A stretch of DNA of 57,585 nt from Thermofilaceae archaeon (GTDB taxonomy: Archaea; Thermoproteota; Thermoprotei; Thermofilales; Thermofilaceae), in contig JAVYWK010000012.1 of assembly GCA_038727095.1 (NCBI GenBank), positions 1 to 57,585 on the forward strand, in the 5' to 3' direction. Shown piece after piece: positions 11,501 to 20,166 of the stretch. Made by a program: the position numbers and the translations under genes. Positions within the stretch are counted from its first letter, which is position 1. Each line of letters begins with the position of its first letter. The notes beneath the pieces are model-generated. The model made no database searches and was not told the DNA's origin. It worked only from the letters and a program-made list of their open reading frames with translations.

Positions 11501-13901
11501 CTACCTAGGACTGAGCAGGCAGCTTCTCGATAGGGCTTCCAGGCTGCTGGAGGCTGCGGCTGATCTAATCGAGGCTTACCCTGAGCGAGCCGCAGCCTCT
11601 ATCGCGGAAGCGTCCCTTCTGCTCAAGGGGGTAATGTCCCGGTTGAATGAGCTCAGGTCAGCCGCGCAGTTGAACTTACCCCTGCTTCTACTCACGATTA
11701 TTCTTGTCTCGTTTGGCCTAAGCTCGCTTATCGTGGAAAACGAATCCGCCCGCCCTGCTGCGGGAACGCTCCTGCTAGTCGGTTTGGGAGTTCTGATGTA
11801 CTTCACTTATCCCGGTTTCTCGGGCCTAAGCTCAATGGAGCTCTTCATCGCTCTGTACGTTAGTTTCTTCGCGCTGGTCCTAATGCTCCTCCTCCCATAC
11901 CTCCTCGAAGGCTTGAGAAGCGAAAAAGGGGTCCCTCTGCTGGCGGCTGCAACCTCGGCCCTCTCGATTGCCGCGCGGAACCTCAGGAGGAGAAGGCTGA
12001 GAACGTGCCTAACTCTCCTCTCAGTAGCCGCTTTCGCGCTCGCAGTTACAAACCTAACGTCCGTCAACTACTTCGTTAGCCTGCGCGAGTTGGTAACGAC
12101 CGTCCCGCACCCCCAAGACGCTCCCAACGTTCTTGCTGCTTTCAGCGGAGGGGAGCTGAGCCTGGCTGACATCATGTACCTCTCCTCTCAACCAGAGGTC
12201 CTACGGTACGGCTTCAAGGTGGAAAGCCGCGCGAGAGCGGAGCCTTACGCCGTTATCTCGGGACGGCTGATACGCGGCTTTATAGGCTTTTACGGTTACA
12301 CCCCGACAAACTTGCCTCTTGCCCCCCTTCCTTCACGTACTGGGCATCGGGATTTCCTCACCGTAGCCTTTGTCAGCTCAACGTTTGAGGGTTTGGGCGT
12401 TAAGCCGGGGGATGAGGTACAGGTGGGCGAAGTAAAATTGAAGATTATCGGCTTCTTCGATCCTGCAGAGCTTGGGGGGATTCGAGACGTTGGAGGGTAC
12501 GACCTGCTCCCGCGCGTATTACAACCAGACGGCAGCGTCGGTGTTGCGCACCCCGACGAAGTCATCATAGTCCCTGCTCTCACGGCATTAAGGCTCGGGG
12601 GGTTCATTTCAAGGTTGTATGCGGAAGCCAGCACCCCAGACGATCTCAAAGTGCTTGCTGAAAGGCTAGCTCTACAATCGGACTACGTAGTTGTAGCACT
12701 CCCAGCCGGTGATTACCAGCGCGTTTACTTCACTGGGCCCACTATAGAATACAGGGGTGGCGAAGCGATTCTCCCGGTAGCATTGGTTGTCATCAACGTA
12801 GCATCCGTAGTTCTGGCGTCTGTATACGAAAGAAGAGGTGAGATCGTCACCATGGCTTCGGTTGGCATGAATCCAACGCACATACTCCTGGTATTCCTTT
12901 CCGAAGCCTTGCTCCTAGGCTTCGTTGGCGGCTCGCTAGGCTACATAGTTGGTGTGTCGGCGTTCAGAGTGGTTCAGTGGGCTGGCGTAGCGCTACCGGT
13001 AGACGTTAAGACCAGCGTGGGGGACATGATGGGGGTTATAACCCTCTCAATAGCATCCTCACTCGCCGCCGCACTCGTTCCCTCGCTTAAGGCGTCTCAA
13101 TACGTCACTCCGTCCCTCCGGAGGAGGTGGAAGCTTGAAGCGCAGGTTGTAGGGGGAGAATGGTACGTGGAAATTCCGATAAGGGTTTCGGCGGAAAGAG
13201 TAGCTCAGTTCGTGGATTACCTAGCTGAGAGGTTGAGAGAGGAGGAGCGCGGCATCGAGAGGTCCACCGCAAGAGTCGGTGCGAGTGCTTCGATCGTAGA
13301 TGGACGCACCCTCTACGAGGTATCCTTCACCTACAGCAGAGGAGGGGGGCGCCCCTTCACCGCAAGTGTAATCGCCGTGGTTAAGCCCGTTGGTCCCGAG
13401 TTCTACAGTGTCGCGGTTAAGGTTAAGCCTTTGTCCATCTACAGCCGGTTCTACCAGAGCTACGTGCAAGAGGTGGTCGCATTTGTCAGAGGCATAGTGC
13501 TGGAGTGGGCATCGCTAAAGATCAGGCTACTCGCCCCCGTTGGCGTAGACGTGAGTAAGGTGGTAGAGCTTGTGCGCAATTACCAGCCGCAGCTTGTTTT
13601 GCTAGCCACCAGGAGGGGGGATGGGAGGCTTGTCCGCGAGCTGCGGAGTAGGCTGCGGGCTCAAGGGTTAAGGCCTCCAGCCACTGAGGTTATTGCTGTA
13701 AAGAGCGACAGTCTTGACGGGTTAGTGGAAGAGCTGAGATTACTAATATCGAAAGCGGATATCGTAGCGCTGGACTCAGACGACGGATTGCTCAGCGCTG
13801 CTCTCGCGCTGGCTGCAGCAATTGAAGGCAGGAGGGTGGCGGTGATCAGGGAGGGCCGATTAGAGGAGGTCAGTGTGGACAGGCTACTCAAGCTTCAGTA
13901 G
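8523..13901 (+). CDS. GH2 (beta-mannosidase-like) glycosidase fused to FtsX/MacB-like permease and a C-terminal Rossmann/CARF-like domain
   Basis: DLSGEW, VWLNG..GEHEGYFSPF, acid/base WTVHNEP, nucleophile TEFGAQS; FtsX motifs RNLRRRRLRTCLT and SVYERRGEIVTMASVG..P..I...FLSEA. Confidence 0.8.
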   Translation: MRSSRIAALASAAIVALTVFTVILPELNRSIVLGEAGVVEKVLEHFVQPELFATSLIDLSGEWLYTVKSYDEGVLEELYRPDAPVADWRTVTVPFTHAATVANSTVWLRRGFSLPEGLRGNRVRLIFLGAFYRAAVWLNGIYLGEHEGYFSPFYFDVTDLLNFGGANTLVVCLSSPVELDLDNKRAFTGIFGDGNVKPYPRWALGKLPRNYEWFVPIGLWRPVVLAVSGPVAVNVVLIDAVPEDSSARVRVRLYVSNVGERAQCVLRYSISPYNFEGEGVDGQLTFEIGKDDRRWIEFEIALRNPRLWWTWDQGFPHLYSFRYEIRSRDGVLMGSSSVRFGVRSLRGSEIVKGRATFVLNSRRVFLRGFNYIHDFFLVNASTDTLYRDLRSIVDAHANFVRVYAHVGPTEFYSLADEMGLAVQADSPLIWAYASRLSGAEYGRFVESAHRQIAKMVLLLYNHPSVVIWTVHNEPPWACEWMGDLYRRGVNRDLDTALAALISSLDGHSRPIITGGGYEDQHVYHGWFSGSWTDFLYDASTFPTEFGAQSLPSIASPFWRIVNISKWPIEEGSPEFYDLVYRGLYAQRAFQPPFGQPRDYPSLVDYIEASQRYQANLLRIAIARYRVLKFNATAGAAVFLFRDCFPQASFSVVDYFGIPKLAYYTVAEMFKPLKVIVAIGGEFESRGVQVVYKANSTFKADVWVVNDLANETGSAMVRWRMSDAVSGQLIAEGAVNVTLPAAWEPARLVQSLRMEAPASIEGLRWIRFEAELLREGRLIDKDEIFFAVEPLSRVVVNLEGVEDRLTFYVASDRFNFYVTSEGGKLSFAVPAGSKVTIIGPRFDGATPYTPVRVDLPSLNPGTTSLTVRLVEGAIYTVRLPLLISQVARTPTLRLRVEAGVRPESPIITVYDDPELKVLLNLRGNDFIVPAGVPVALSLEVNGAIVVRREVELAPNERLVEGVFASSLAQQSLDRGEREIRQTKSMLASFERQGFYLGLSRQLLDRASRLLEAAADLIEAYPERAAASIAEASLLLKGVMSRLNELRSAAQLNLPLLLLTIILVSFGLSSLIVENESARPAAGTLLLVGLGVLMYFTYPGFSGLSSMELFIALYVSFFALVLMLLLPYLLEGLRSEKGVPLLAAATSALSIAARNLRRRRLRTCLTLLSVAAFALAVTNLTSVNYFVSLRELVTTVPHPQDAPNVLAAFSGGELSLADIMYLSSQPEVLRYGFKVESRARAEPYAVISGRLIRGFIGFYGYTPTNLPLAPLPSRTGHRDFLTVAFVSSTFEGLGVKPGDEVQVGEVKLKIIGFFDPAELGGIRDVGGYDLLPRVLQPDGSVGVAHPDEVIIVPALTALRLGGFISRLYAEASTPDDLKVLAERLALQSDYVVVALPAGDYQRVYFTGPTIEYRGGEAILPVALVVINVASVVLASVYERRGEIVTMASVGMNPTHILLVFLSEALLLGFVGGSLGYIVGVSAFRVVQWAGVALPVDVKTSVGDMMGVITLSIASSLAAALVPSLKASQYVTPSLRRRWKLEAQVVGGEWYVEIPIRVSAERVAQFVDYLAERLREEERGIERSTARVGASASIVDGRTLYEVSFTYSRGGGRPFTASVIAVVKPVGPEFYSVAVKVKPLSIYSRFYQSYVQEVVAFVRGIVLEWASLKIRLLAPVGVDVSKVVELVRNYQPQLVLLATRRGDGRLVRELRSRLRAQGLRPPATEVIAVKSDSLDGLVEELRLLISKADIVALDSDDGLLSAALALAAAIEGRRVAVIREGRLEEVSVDRLLKLQ

Positions 13902-14510
13902 CGTCTTCCAGCTCCTCCTCACTATGGGGGGTAGCTCTCGCCTCTCTTTCAAGTACCTTAGGAGGAACCCTCTCGTCTTTGGATCGGAGGGATAGCCAGA
14001 GCCAAAATCTCCGTATACCGCTCTCAGATCGCTGATCAGCCTTTCTCGCTCAACCTTCGCGATTACCGAGGCGGCTGCAACATGCACGTATGCATCCTCC
14101 GCTTTATTCGAAGCTACGACCTCTACTTTCCGCTTCAGATGCCTACCAACGAGCTCTGCATAGCGCTCAGGTAGAGGATCCGGTGAGTCTAAGTAGACCC
14201 TGGAGACCAGCGATATCAGCTCGTTCACGAGTTCAGCTGTCGCTATGGCCTCGAGCTCGTTTAACCCCCTCTCCAGATTCTCGACAGCCCAATCGATTTC
14301 CCAAGGCTCTACAACCCTAGTCTTCACCTCCAGCGCTACGTTCCGTATCAGCTTTGAGAGTTTAAGCCGCTTATGGGGGCTCAGCTTCTTTGAGTCCCTT
14401 ACAATACCCCTAAGCGCCGAAACCCCCCTTTCGTCAAGGACGACGCAGGCCACTACTAGAGGGCCTATCACGGGACCGCGCCCGGCCTCGTCTACTCCAG
14501 CCTCGATCAA
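13884..14510 (-). CDS. rnhB: Ribonuclease HII
   Basis: GVDEAGRGPVIGP, DSKKL, VAAASVIAKV, FGSGYPSDPKT. Probable TTG start 14510 overlaps the upstream TGA. Confidence 0.95.
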   Translation of the reverse strand: MIEAGVDEAGRGPVIGPLVVACVVLDERGVSALRGIVRDSKKLSPHKRLKLSKLIRNVALEVKTRVVEPWEIDWAVENLERGLNELEAIATAELVNELISLVSRVYLDSPDPLPERYAELVGRHLKRKVEVVASNKAEDAYVHVAAASVIAKVERERLISDLRAVYGDFGSGYPSDPKTRGFLLRYLKERRELPPIVRRSWKTLLKLE

Positions 14511-15433
14511 GCCAGCTCCTTTGCCACTACGTTGAACAGCCTTATCTTCGTAACGCCGGGCACCTGAGCGTAAAAAGTGAGGTGAAGCGTCCAAGGTATC
14601 GTCGCAACGCGAACCCCCTCCTCACGCATGCGCTCCAGAGTCCTAAACAGGAGCACGGTTCCAAGCCCCCTCCCCCTCACGCCGGGATCGACTCCGATTG
14701 GCCCAAAGAAGTCGGGCCTCAAAGCACCGTATACCGAGAAACCGGCGATGACGCCCCCCTTCTCGGCGATCAGTACACCACCCTCCTCAGATCGCATCGC
14801 CAGCTCAGCCTCGATGCGCCAAAACGGAGAGAAGACGCGCTCAATCCATTCGTACAGCCTATCCTGATCCTGAATTGAGGCCTCCCTAAGGACAAACCCT
14901 TGCTGCCTTAATTCCGATTCAAGCTTTTGAACCCACGCGGATGTTCTATATTTGGACATGTCGACCTCGTAGTTCACAGCTTCTCCAACTTTCCCGTATC
15001 CAAGATGTTCAAGCAAAGCTCGCAGCCACTCGTACTCTAAATCGATACCAGGCGACAAGTACCAGCTCGCGTAATCGGATACCCTGACCATCTTCGCACC
15101 ACTTCTGCGAAGCTCCTCCTCCAGTACAGCAATAAGGTTTCCAAGCTCTGCTGTGCGATCCGGAGGGCAGGCGAGAACCTTTATCCAGGCGATCTCCCTC
15201 TGCTTGTCAACCATGCTTGAGGGCTCCTTAATCCTCCTGATGCCCATCGCTGTCGCCACAACCTTACCACTCCTCAAGCACACTAGCGAGAGCTTTGGAT
15301 CGAAGTTGGGATCATTAACTGTTAAGAGGCGGAAGAGCCTTCTATCAACAAAATCGTTAAAAAGGGTCCTATTAATCAACTTTCTAACTTCATCGTAAAG
15401 CCCGGGATCTTCGCTCAACGATCTTACGTCCAC
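14507..15433 (-). CDS. Tandem GNAT N-acetyltransferase
   Basis: FFGPIGVDPGVRGRGLGTVL acetyl-CoA motif, two GNAT halves. Probable start GTG 15433; the longer ORF overlaps the tRNA. Confidence 0.85.
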   Translation of the reverse strand: MDVRSLSEDPGLYDEVRKLINRTLFNDFVDRRLFRLLTVNDPNFDPKLSLVCLRSGKVVATAMGIRRIKEPSSMVDKQREIAWIKVLACPPDRTAELGNLIAVLEEELRRSGAKMVRVSDYASWYLSPGIDLEYEWLRALLEHLGYGKVGEAVNYEVDMSKYRTSAWVQKLESELRQQGFVLREASIQDQDRLYEWIERVFSPFWRIEAELAMRSEEGGVLIAEKGGVIAGFSVYGALRPDFFGPIGVDPGVRGRGLGTVLLFRTLERMREEGVRVATIPWTLHLTFYAQVPGVTKIRLFNVVAKELA

Positions 15434-15508
15434 ATGGTAGTGCTGCTCAACCGTTCTAAATAAGGTTGTTGGGAGCAGGAAACTGGTACAGGTTATCGCG
15501 CAGAAGCG

Positions 15509-15612
15509 TGGTGGACCGGCCGGGACTTGAACCCGGGACCTCCCGCGACCTCGGCCGCCCATTTGAGTCGAGCTTGCGAAGCGGGCGCTCTCCCAGTCTG
15601 AGCTACCGGCCC
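15509..15612 (-). tRNA. tRNA-Ala(CGC) with 27-nt intron at 37/38 (15548-15574), CCA encoded
   Basis: GGGCCGGTAGCTCAGACTGGGAGAGCGCCCGCTTCGCA[intron]CGCGGGAGGTCCCGGGTTCAAGTCCCGGCCGGTCCACCA; BHB central helix TTCG/CGAG. Confidence 0.95.
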
Positions 15613-15752
15613 GATTGAGCCGGGAAACCGGGGGGTAAATTCTTTGCGCATGGTTGCTGCACGCGAAAAGTTTTTCAAATTAACCTGCTCACGGTGCCCG
15701 GTGACCCCCATTATCCGCGGTGGAGATTAAATGGCGCAACGAAGGGGGTGTT

Positions 15753-18700
15753 GTGGCCGAGCTCAACCATGTGAGAGCCCTCGCTCAGGAGTTTAGGCCT
15801 AAAGAGTACGAGCGGCAAGTGCTCGAGTACTGGAGGCGCGAGAGAATATACGAGAGACTCCGCGAAGCGTTGAAAGGGAGGCGCAAGTTCTACTTCCTCG
15901 ATGGTCCACCGTATACTTCTGCTGACACTCCGCACATCGGTACGCTTTGGAACAAGGTCCTGAAGGATGTTATCGTCAGGTTCCGGCGAATGCAGGGCCT
16001 GGCGGTTGTCGATACCCCAGGCTACGACTGCCACGGGTTGCCCATCGAGGTTAAGATAGAGCAGGAGCTGGGCTTTAAGTCAAAGAAGGATATCGAAGTT
16101 TACGGTATCGATAAGTTCGTGGAGAAGTGTAGGGAATTCTCCGTAAGAAATGCTCTTTCCATGTCGAGGTGGTTCGAAGAATTCGGAGTTTCGCTACGCT
16201 GGGAGAAGCCGTACATGACGCTTGACCCCGAGTATATTCAATCGGCTTGGTGGCTGGTTAAGAGGGCTGAAGAGCAGGGATTGCTAGAAAGGGGTTTGAG
16301 GGTTGTGCACTGGTGCCCCAGGTGCGAGACCGCCCTTGCTGACTATGAGGTGACGGAGTACAGAGAGTTGACTGATCCATCCATCTACGTTAAATTCCCC
16401 GTGAAGGGGAGGGCGAACGAGTACCTGCTTGTATGGACTACTACGCCGTGGACCCTACCGGCTAACGTTGCGGTAATGGCTCACCCTGACCTCGAGTACG
16501 TGTGGGTTGAAGTTGGCAGCGAGCGCTTGCTGCTGGCGGCGTCTAGGCTGGAAACAGTGATGCGCGAAGCCGAATTAGTTGAGTACAGGGTGATTAAGCG
16601 AGTAAGAGGCAGAGAGCTTCTCGGACTCGAGTACGAGCACCCGTTAGCCGACCTCATCGACGTGCAAAGGAATATTGTGCACAAAATCGTGCTCTCCAGC
16701 AAGTATGTAAGCGCGGAGGAAGGGACGGGGCTGGTTCACTGCGCTCCAGGGCACGGTGAAGAGGATTTCGAGGTGGGGCTCGAGTACGGGCTACCTGTTG
16801 TTATGCCAGTTGACGATACGGGTGCTTTCACCAGTAAGGCAGGCAAGTACTCCGGAAAGAGCGTAAGAGAGGCTAACTCAGACATCATTTCCGACCTCAG
16901 GGCTAGGGGTTTATTGTTCATTGAGGGTAGGATAAGCCATCGGTATCCGGTATGCTGGAGGTGTAAGACGCCACTAATACTTAGGGCGACTCAACAGTGG
17001 TTCATACGCGTACGGCACCTGAAGAACCGCTTCATAGAGGAGGCCGAAAAGGTGCAGTGGGTTCCAGAGTGGGCTGGTTCGGCTCGCTTCAAGGGTTGGG
17101 TTGAGGGGTTAAGGGACTGGGTTATCTCGAGGCAAAGGTACTGGGGGACGCCCGCTCCAATCTGGTTGTGCGAGCGTTGCGGCAGAAGGACTGTGGTCGG
17201 ATCGGTAAGGGAGCTTGAGTCCCTCGTCAGGCAGGAGCTGAAGTTGAAGGATCTCCATAGGCCATGGATAGATGAGATCGTTTTCGGCTGTCCGCACTGC
17301 GGTGGAGTGATGAGGCGCGTAGCGGACGTGATGGATGTTTGGCTCGATTCGGGCGTAGCGTTTTACGCCTCGTTAAGCTACCCGAGCGATAGGGAAACTT
17401 ACGAGAGGATGAGACCCGTAGACGTAATAGTCGAGGGTCATGACCAGATAGCAGGGTGGTTCTTCTCGCTGATGCGGTGTGGCCTGGTAACTTTCGGCAC
17501 TGGACCTTACACGACAGTGGTGATGCACGGTTTCATGCTCGACGAGAGGGGTAGGGAGATGCACAAGTCCCTGGGTAACTATGTGGCACCGGAGCAGGTA
17601 CTTAACTTCGAGAAGGGCAGTAGGGATGTCTTTCGCTGGTACGTGTTGAGAAATACCCCGTGGGAGGACATGAGGTTCTCCTGGAAGGCGATGGCCGAGG
17701 TCTACGATGACATGAACATCCTGTGGAACGTGTACGTCTTCGCTTCGATGTACATGAGCATCGATCGCTTCAACCCGAGGGAGCACCCAATTGAGAAGTA
17801 CCTCGATCAAGCGCGTCCGGAGGATAGGTGGCTACTATCACGGATCGAGAAGCTAACGGCTAACGTAACGCGCTGGCTGGAGAACTACGAGACACATAAG
17901 GCGGCTAAAGCGCTTCGCGACTTCATAGTCGAAGACGTCAGCAGGTGGTACATCAGGCTTATCAGGCCGCGCGTGTGGGTTGAGGAGAACATTGCCGATA
18001 AGCTCTCAGCCTACGCTACGCTCTACTATGCATTGAGGAAGTTTTTAGTCCTAGCGGCGCCCTTCATACCGTTTACGTCGGAACAGATCTACCTCGAATC
18101 CTTCCGCATGCGAGATGATCCCGATAGCGTCCACATGCTGCCATGGCCGGAGGTAAGGGAGGAGATGATCGATGAGGAGCTGGAACGGCAAATGGAGATT
18201 GCCAGGAAGATTGTTGAGCGAGCTGCAGCGGCTAGGATGAGGGCGGGCGTAAAGATCAGAGTTCCGCTCCCCCGCCTATACATTCTAACGGATGACGCAG
18301 AAGTGGTTAACTCTGTCGCGAGGCTCAGGGGGGTAATAGAGTCCCAGGTGAATGTCAAGGAGGTTAAAGTGCTGCCTGCTGAGAAGAGATCTGATTTTGT
18401 TCTGCTTGAGAAGAAACCGGTACTCAAATCGATAGGCTCGTTCTTTAAGTCAGATTCTCCGCTCGTTTTAGAATTGCTTAAAAACCTGGATGCGAGAGAA
18501 ATCAAGCGTGAGCTCGAGATATCCGGTGCGTATCTGCTAAAATCGCAGGATGGTAGAGTCTTCGAGCTTAAGCGCGAAATGATCGAGTTTGAGGAGCGGT
18601 GCGTCGAGGGCTTTGTGATGGAAAGCTTCGAGATAGGGGACGTAGTAATCGAGGCTAGGCCAGGTCTAGAAGAGCTTAGGGAAGGTCTTGCTAGAGATGT

Positions 18701-18974
18701 TGTGCGAAGAATCCAATTTATGAGGAAAATGGCCGCGCTTCCTGTAGAAGCGGTTATAGAGGTGGAAATCTACGCGCCTCCCGATCTTCGCGAGCTTCTA
18801 GCCACGAAGATCAGCTACATAAAAGGCGAAACCAGGGCTTCTGAGGTGCGTTTCATCGAAGATAGAGAGCTGGTTAATGGGACTCTTATTCGCGACTGGG
18901 ATCTTGAAGGCTACAATCTAAGGGTGGGTATCATCTATACGGGTCGCCCGTCTCGTACACAAAACAAGGAGTAA
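15753..18974 (+). CDS. ileS: Isoleucine--tRNA ligase
   Basis: DGPPY, HIGT (HIGH), PGYDCHGLPIE, WTTTPWTLPAN, GTGLVHCAPGHG, DWVISRQRYWG, EMHKSLGN. Confidence 0.97.
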   Translation: MAELNHVRALAQEFRPKEYERQVLEYWRRERIYERLREALKGRRKFYFLDGPPYTSADTPHIGTLWNKVLKDVIVRFRRMQGLAVVDTPGYDCHGLPIEVKIEQELGFKSKKDIEVYGIDKFVEKCREFSVRNALSMSRWFEEFGVSLRWEKPYMTLDPEYIQSAWWLVKRAEEQGLLERGLRVVHWCPRCETALADYEVTEYRELTDPSIYVKFPVKGRANEYLLVWTTTPWTLPANVAVMAHPDLEYVWVEVGSERLLLAASRLETVMREAELVEYRVIKRVRGRELLGLEYEHPLADLIDVQRNIVHKIVLSSKYVSAEEGTGLVHCAPGHGEEDFEVGLEYGLPVVMPVDDTGAFTSKAGKYSGKSVREANSDIISDLRARGLLFIEGRISHRYPVCWRCKTPLILRATQQWFIRVRHLKNRFIEEAEKVQWVPEWAGSARFKGWVEGLRDWVISRQRYWGTPAPIWLCERCGRRTVVGSVRELESLVRQELKLKDLHRPWIDEIVFGCPHCGGVMRRVADVMDVWLDSGVAFYASLSYPSDRETYERMRPVDVIVEGHDQIAGWFFSLMRCGLVTFGTGPYTTVVMHGFMLDERGREMHKSLGNYVAPEQVLNFEKGSRDVFRWYVLRNTPWEDMRFSWKAMAEVYDDMNILWNVYVFASMYMSIDRFNPREHPIEKYLDQARPEDRWLLSRIEKLTANVTRWLENYETHKAAKALRDFIVEDVSRWYIRLIRPRVWVEENIADKLSAYATLYYALRKFLVLAAPFIPFTSEQIYLESFRMRDDPDSVHMLPWPEVREEMIDEELERQMEIARKIVERAAAARMRAGVKIRVPLPRLYILTDDAEVVNSVARLRGVIESQVNVKEVKVLPAEKRSDFVLLEKKPVLKSIGSFFKSDSPLVLELLKNLDAREIKRELEISGAYLLKSQDGRVFELKREMIEFEERCVEGFVMESFEIGDVVIEARPGLEELREGLARDVVRRIQFMRKMAALPVEAVIEVEIYAPPDLRELLATKISYIKGETRASEVRFIEDRELVNGTLIRDWDLEGYNLRVGIIYTGRPSRTQNKE

Positions 18975-19499
18975 CTCCTCGAAGAGGCCCACGTGCTTCA
19001 CTCCTATTACACTTACGATGTTACCCGCCGATTTTAAAGCCTCAAGAGCACCTCTCCAGTTCGACAGGCTAGAGAGGAGGAACACTATCACCCCTACCTT
19101 TTTGAGGTGCATCAAAGCTGAGCTAGCGAACGCTAGCGGTACCTCTATGCCTGTAGGGCCGCCTGCCCATCGACAGTCTCCCTCTTCCGGGAGGTATGGT
19201 GGGTTAAATGCGACCAAGTCGAACACTTCACCCACTCGTACGGCTTCTAAACGATCGCAGCAGATAACATGAACAGCGTGACCTAGCTTTCTGCTTTTAG
19301 CGCGCCTCCAAGTGGCCTGCGCGGAAGCGTAATCCACGTCTGTGGCGACGACTTCAATAGCGTAGGCAGCTAAGGCTTCTGTGACTAAACCTTTGCCGCA
19401 GCCTATCTCGGCTGCTAAGCCTACGGAGGGGGTTAAGCAATTAACTCCTTTAGCTAAGAAGAAGGTATCCTCCGCTGGCTCGTAAGCGTCGCTCTTCAT
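18918..19499 (-). CDS. HemK2/Mtq2-family protein methyltransferase
   Basis: YEPAEDTF, EIGCGKG, FNPPYLP, WAGGPTG. Confidence 0.9.
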   Translation of the reverse strand: MKSDAYEPAEDTFFLAKGVNCLTPSVGLAAEIGCGKGLVTEALAAYAIEVVATDVDYASAQATWRRAKSRKLGHAVHVICCDRLEAVRVGEVFDLVAFNPPYLPEEGDCRWAGGPTGIEVPLAFASSALMHLKKVGVIVFLLSSLSNWRGALEALKSAGNIVSVIGVKHVGLFEELLLVLCTRRATRIDDTHP

Positions 19500-19506
19500 T
19501 CTTTGT

Positions 19507-20166
19507 TCATTCCTCGCTGTAAGGGTGCAAAGTGTCGAGGACTTCGATTATCTTCATTATGCGAGCATGGCCTAACCCTCTAATCCTTCTCAGTTCTGAA
19601 GGAGTAGCTCTGAAGAATCGGCGTGGGGTCCTAAAATGTTGAAGGATCCTCTGCGCTAGCTCCTTGTGGATACCGGGTATTGAGGCTATCATGTTAAGCT
19701 GCACAACCTCTATACTGTTACTATCTCTCATAACGCTTTTCACCGGGAGCTGCCCGCTCACGAGCCCTTTGGTATGTGCCGAGAGCGTATAGAGGTAGTA
19801 GATCACGCGTGCTGTGTCGAGGTAGCTAGTGGTGGAGAGCACGGTTACCCCCATGCTCATCACAGCTGCTAGCGCGCCGTAAACCTGCGGGTAACTAACT
19901 TTGCGGAACCTTAACGTTTCACTGAGCTCTCCTTCCACTATCAGTACGGGTTTTTCGTAGGCCCTTTTGAGCCGGCGCACCTGTTCGAACAATCTCTTAT
20001 CAATGATTGAGGATACGAGGTCGTTGCTGCTTTTCCTCTCAATGCATATATCGTTGCTAACCAAGTAGTCGCCGACGTCTAAGCTCTCGAACTTTAGAGG
20101 GGGACCCAGTTTCACCAGCGCTTCGGGAACTCCACTACCCCTTTCCCTGTAATCGACGATTATCAT
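19507..20166 (-). CDS. xpf: Short crenarchaeal XPF/ERCC4 endonuclease
   Basis: IIVDYRE, LDVGDY, IERKSSNDL..SIID.RLFEQ, C-terminal HhH2 domain (IPGI, IRGLG). Confidence 0.92.
   Translation of the reverse strand: MIIVDYRERGSGVPEALVKLGPPLKFESLDVGDYLVSNDICIERKSSNDLVSSIIDKRLFEQVRRLKRAYEKPVLIVEGELSETLRFRKVSYPQVYGALAAVMSMGVTVLSTTSYLDTARVIYYLYTLSAHTKGLVSGQLPVKSVMRDSNSIEVVQLNMIASIPGIHKELAQRILQHFRTPRRFFRATPSELRRIRGLGHARIMKIIEVLDTLHPYSEE

Noticed and set aside
15434-15711. N-terminal extension of the GNAT ORF and 72-aa ORF
   Set aside because: Both run through tRNA-Ala
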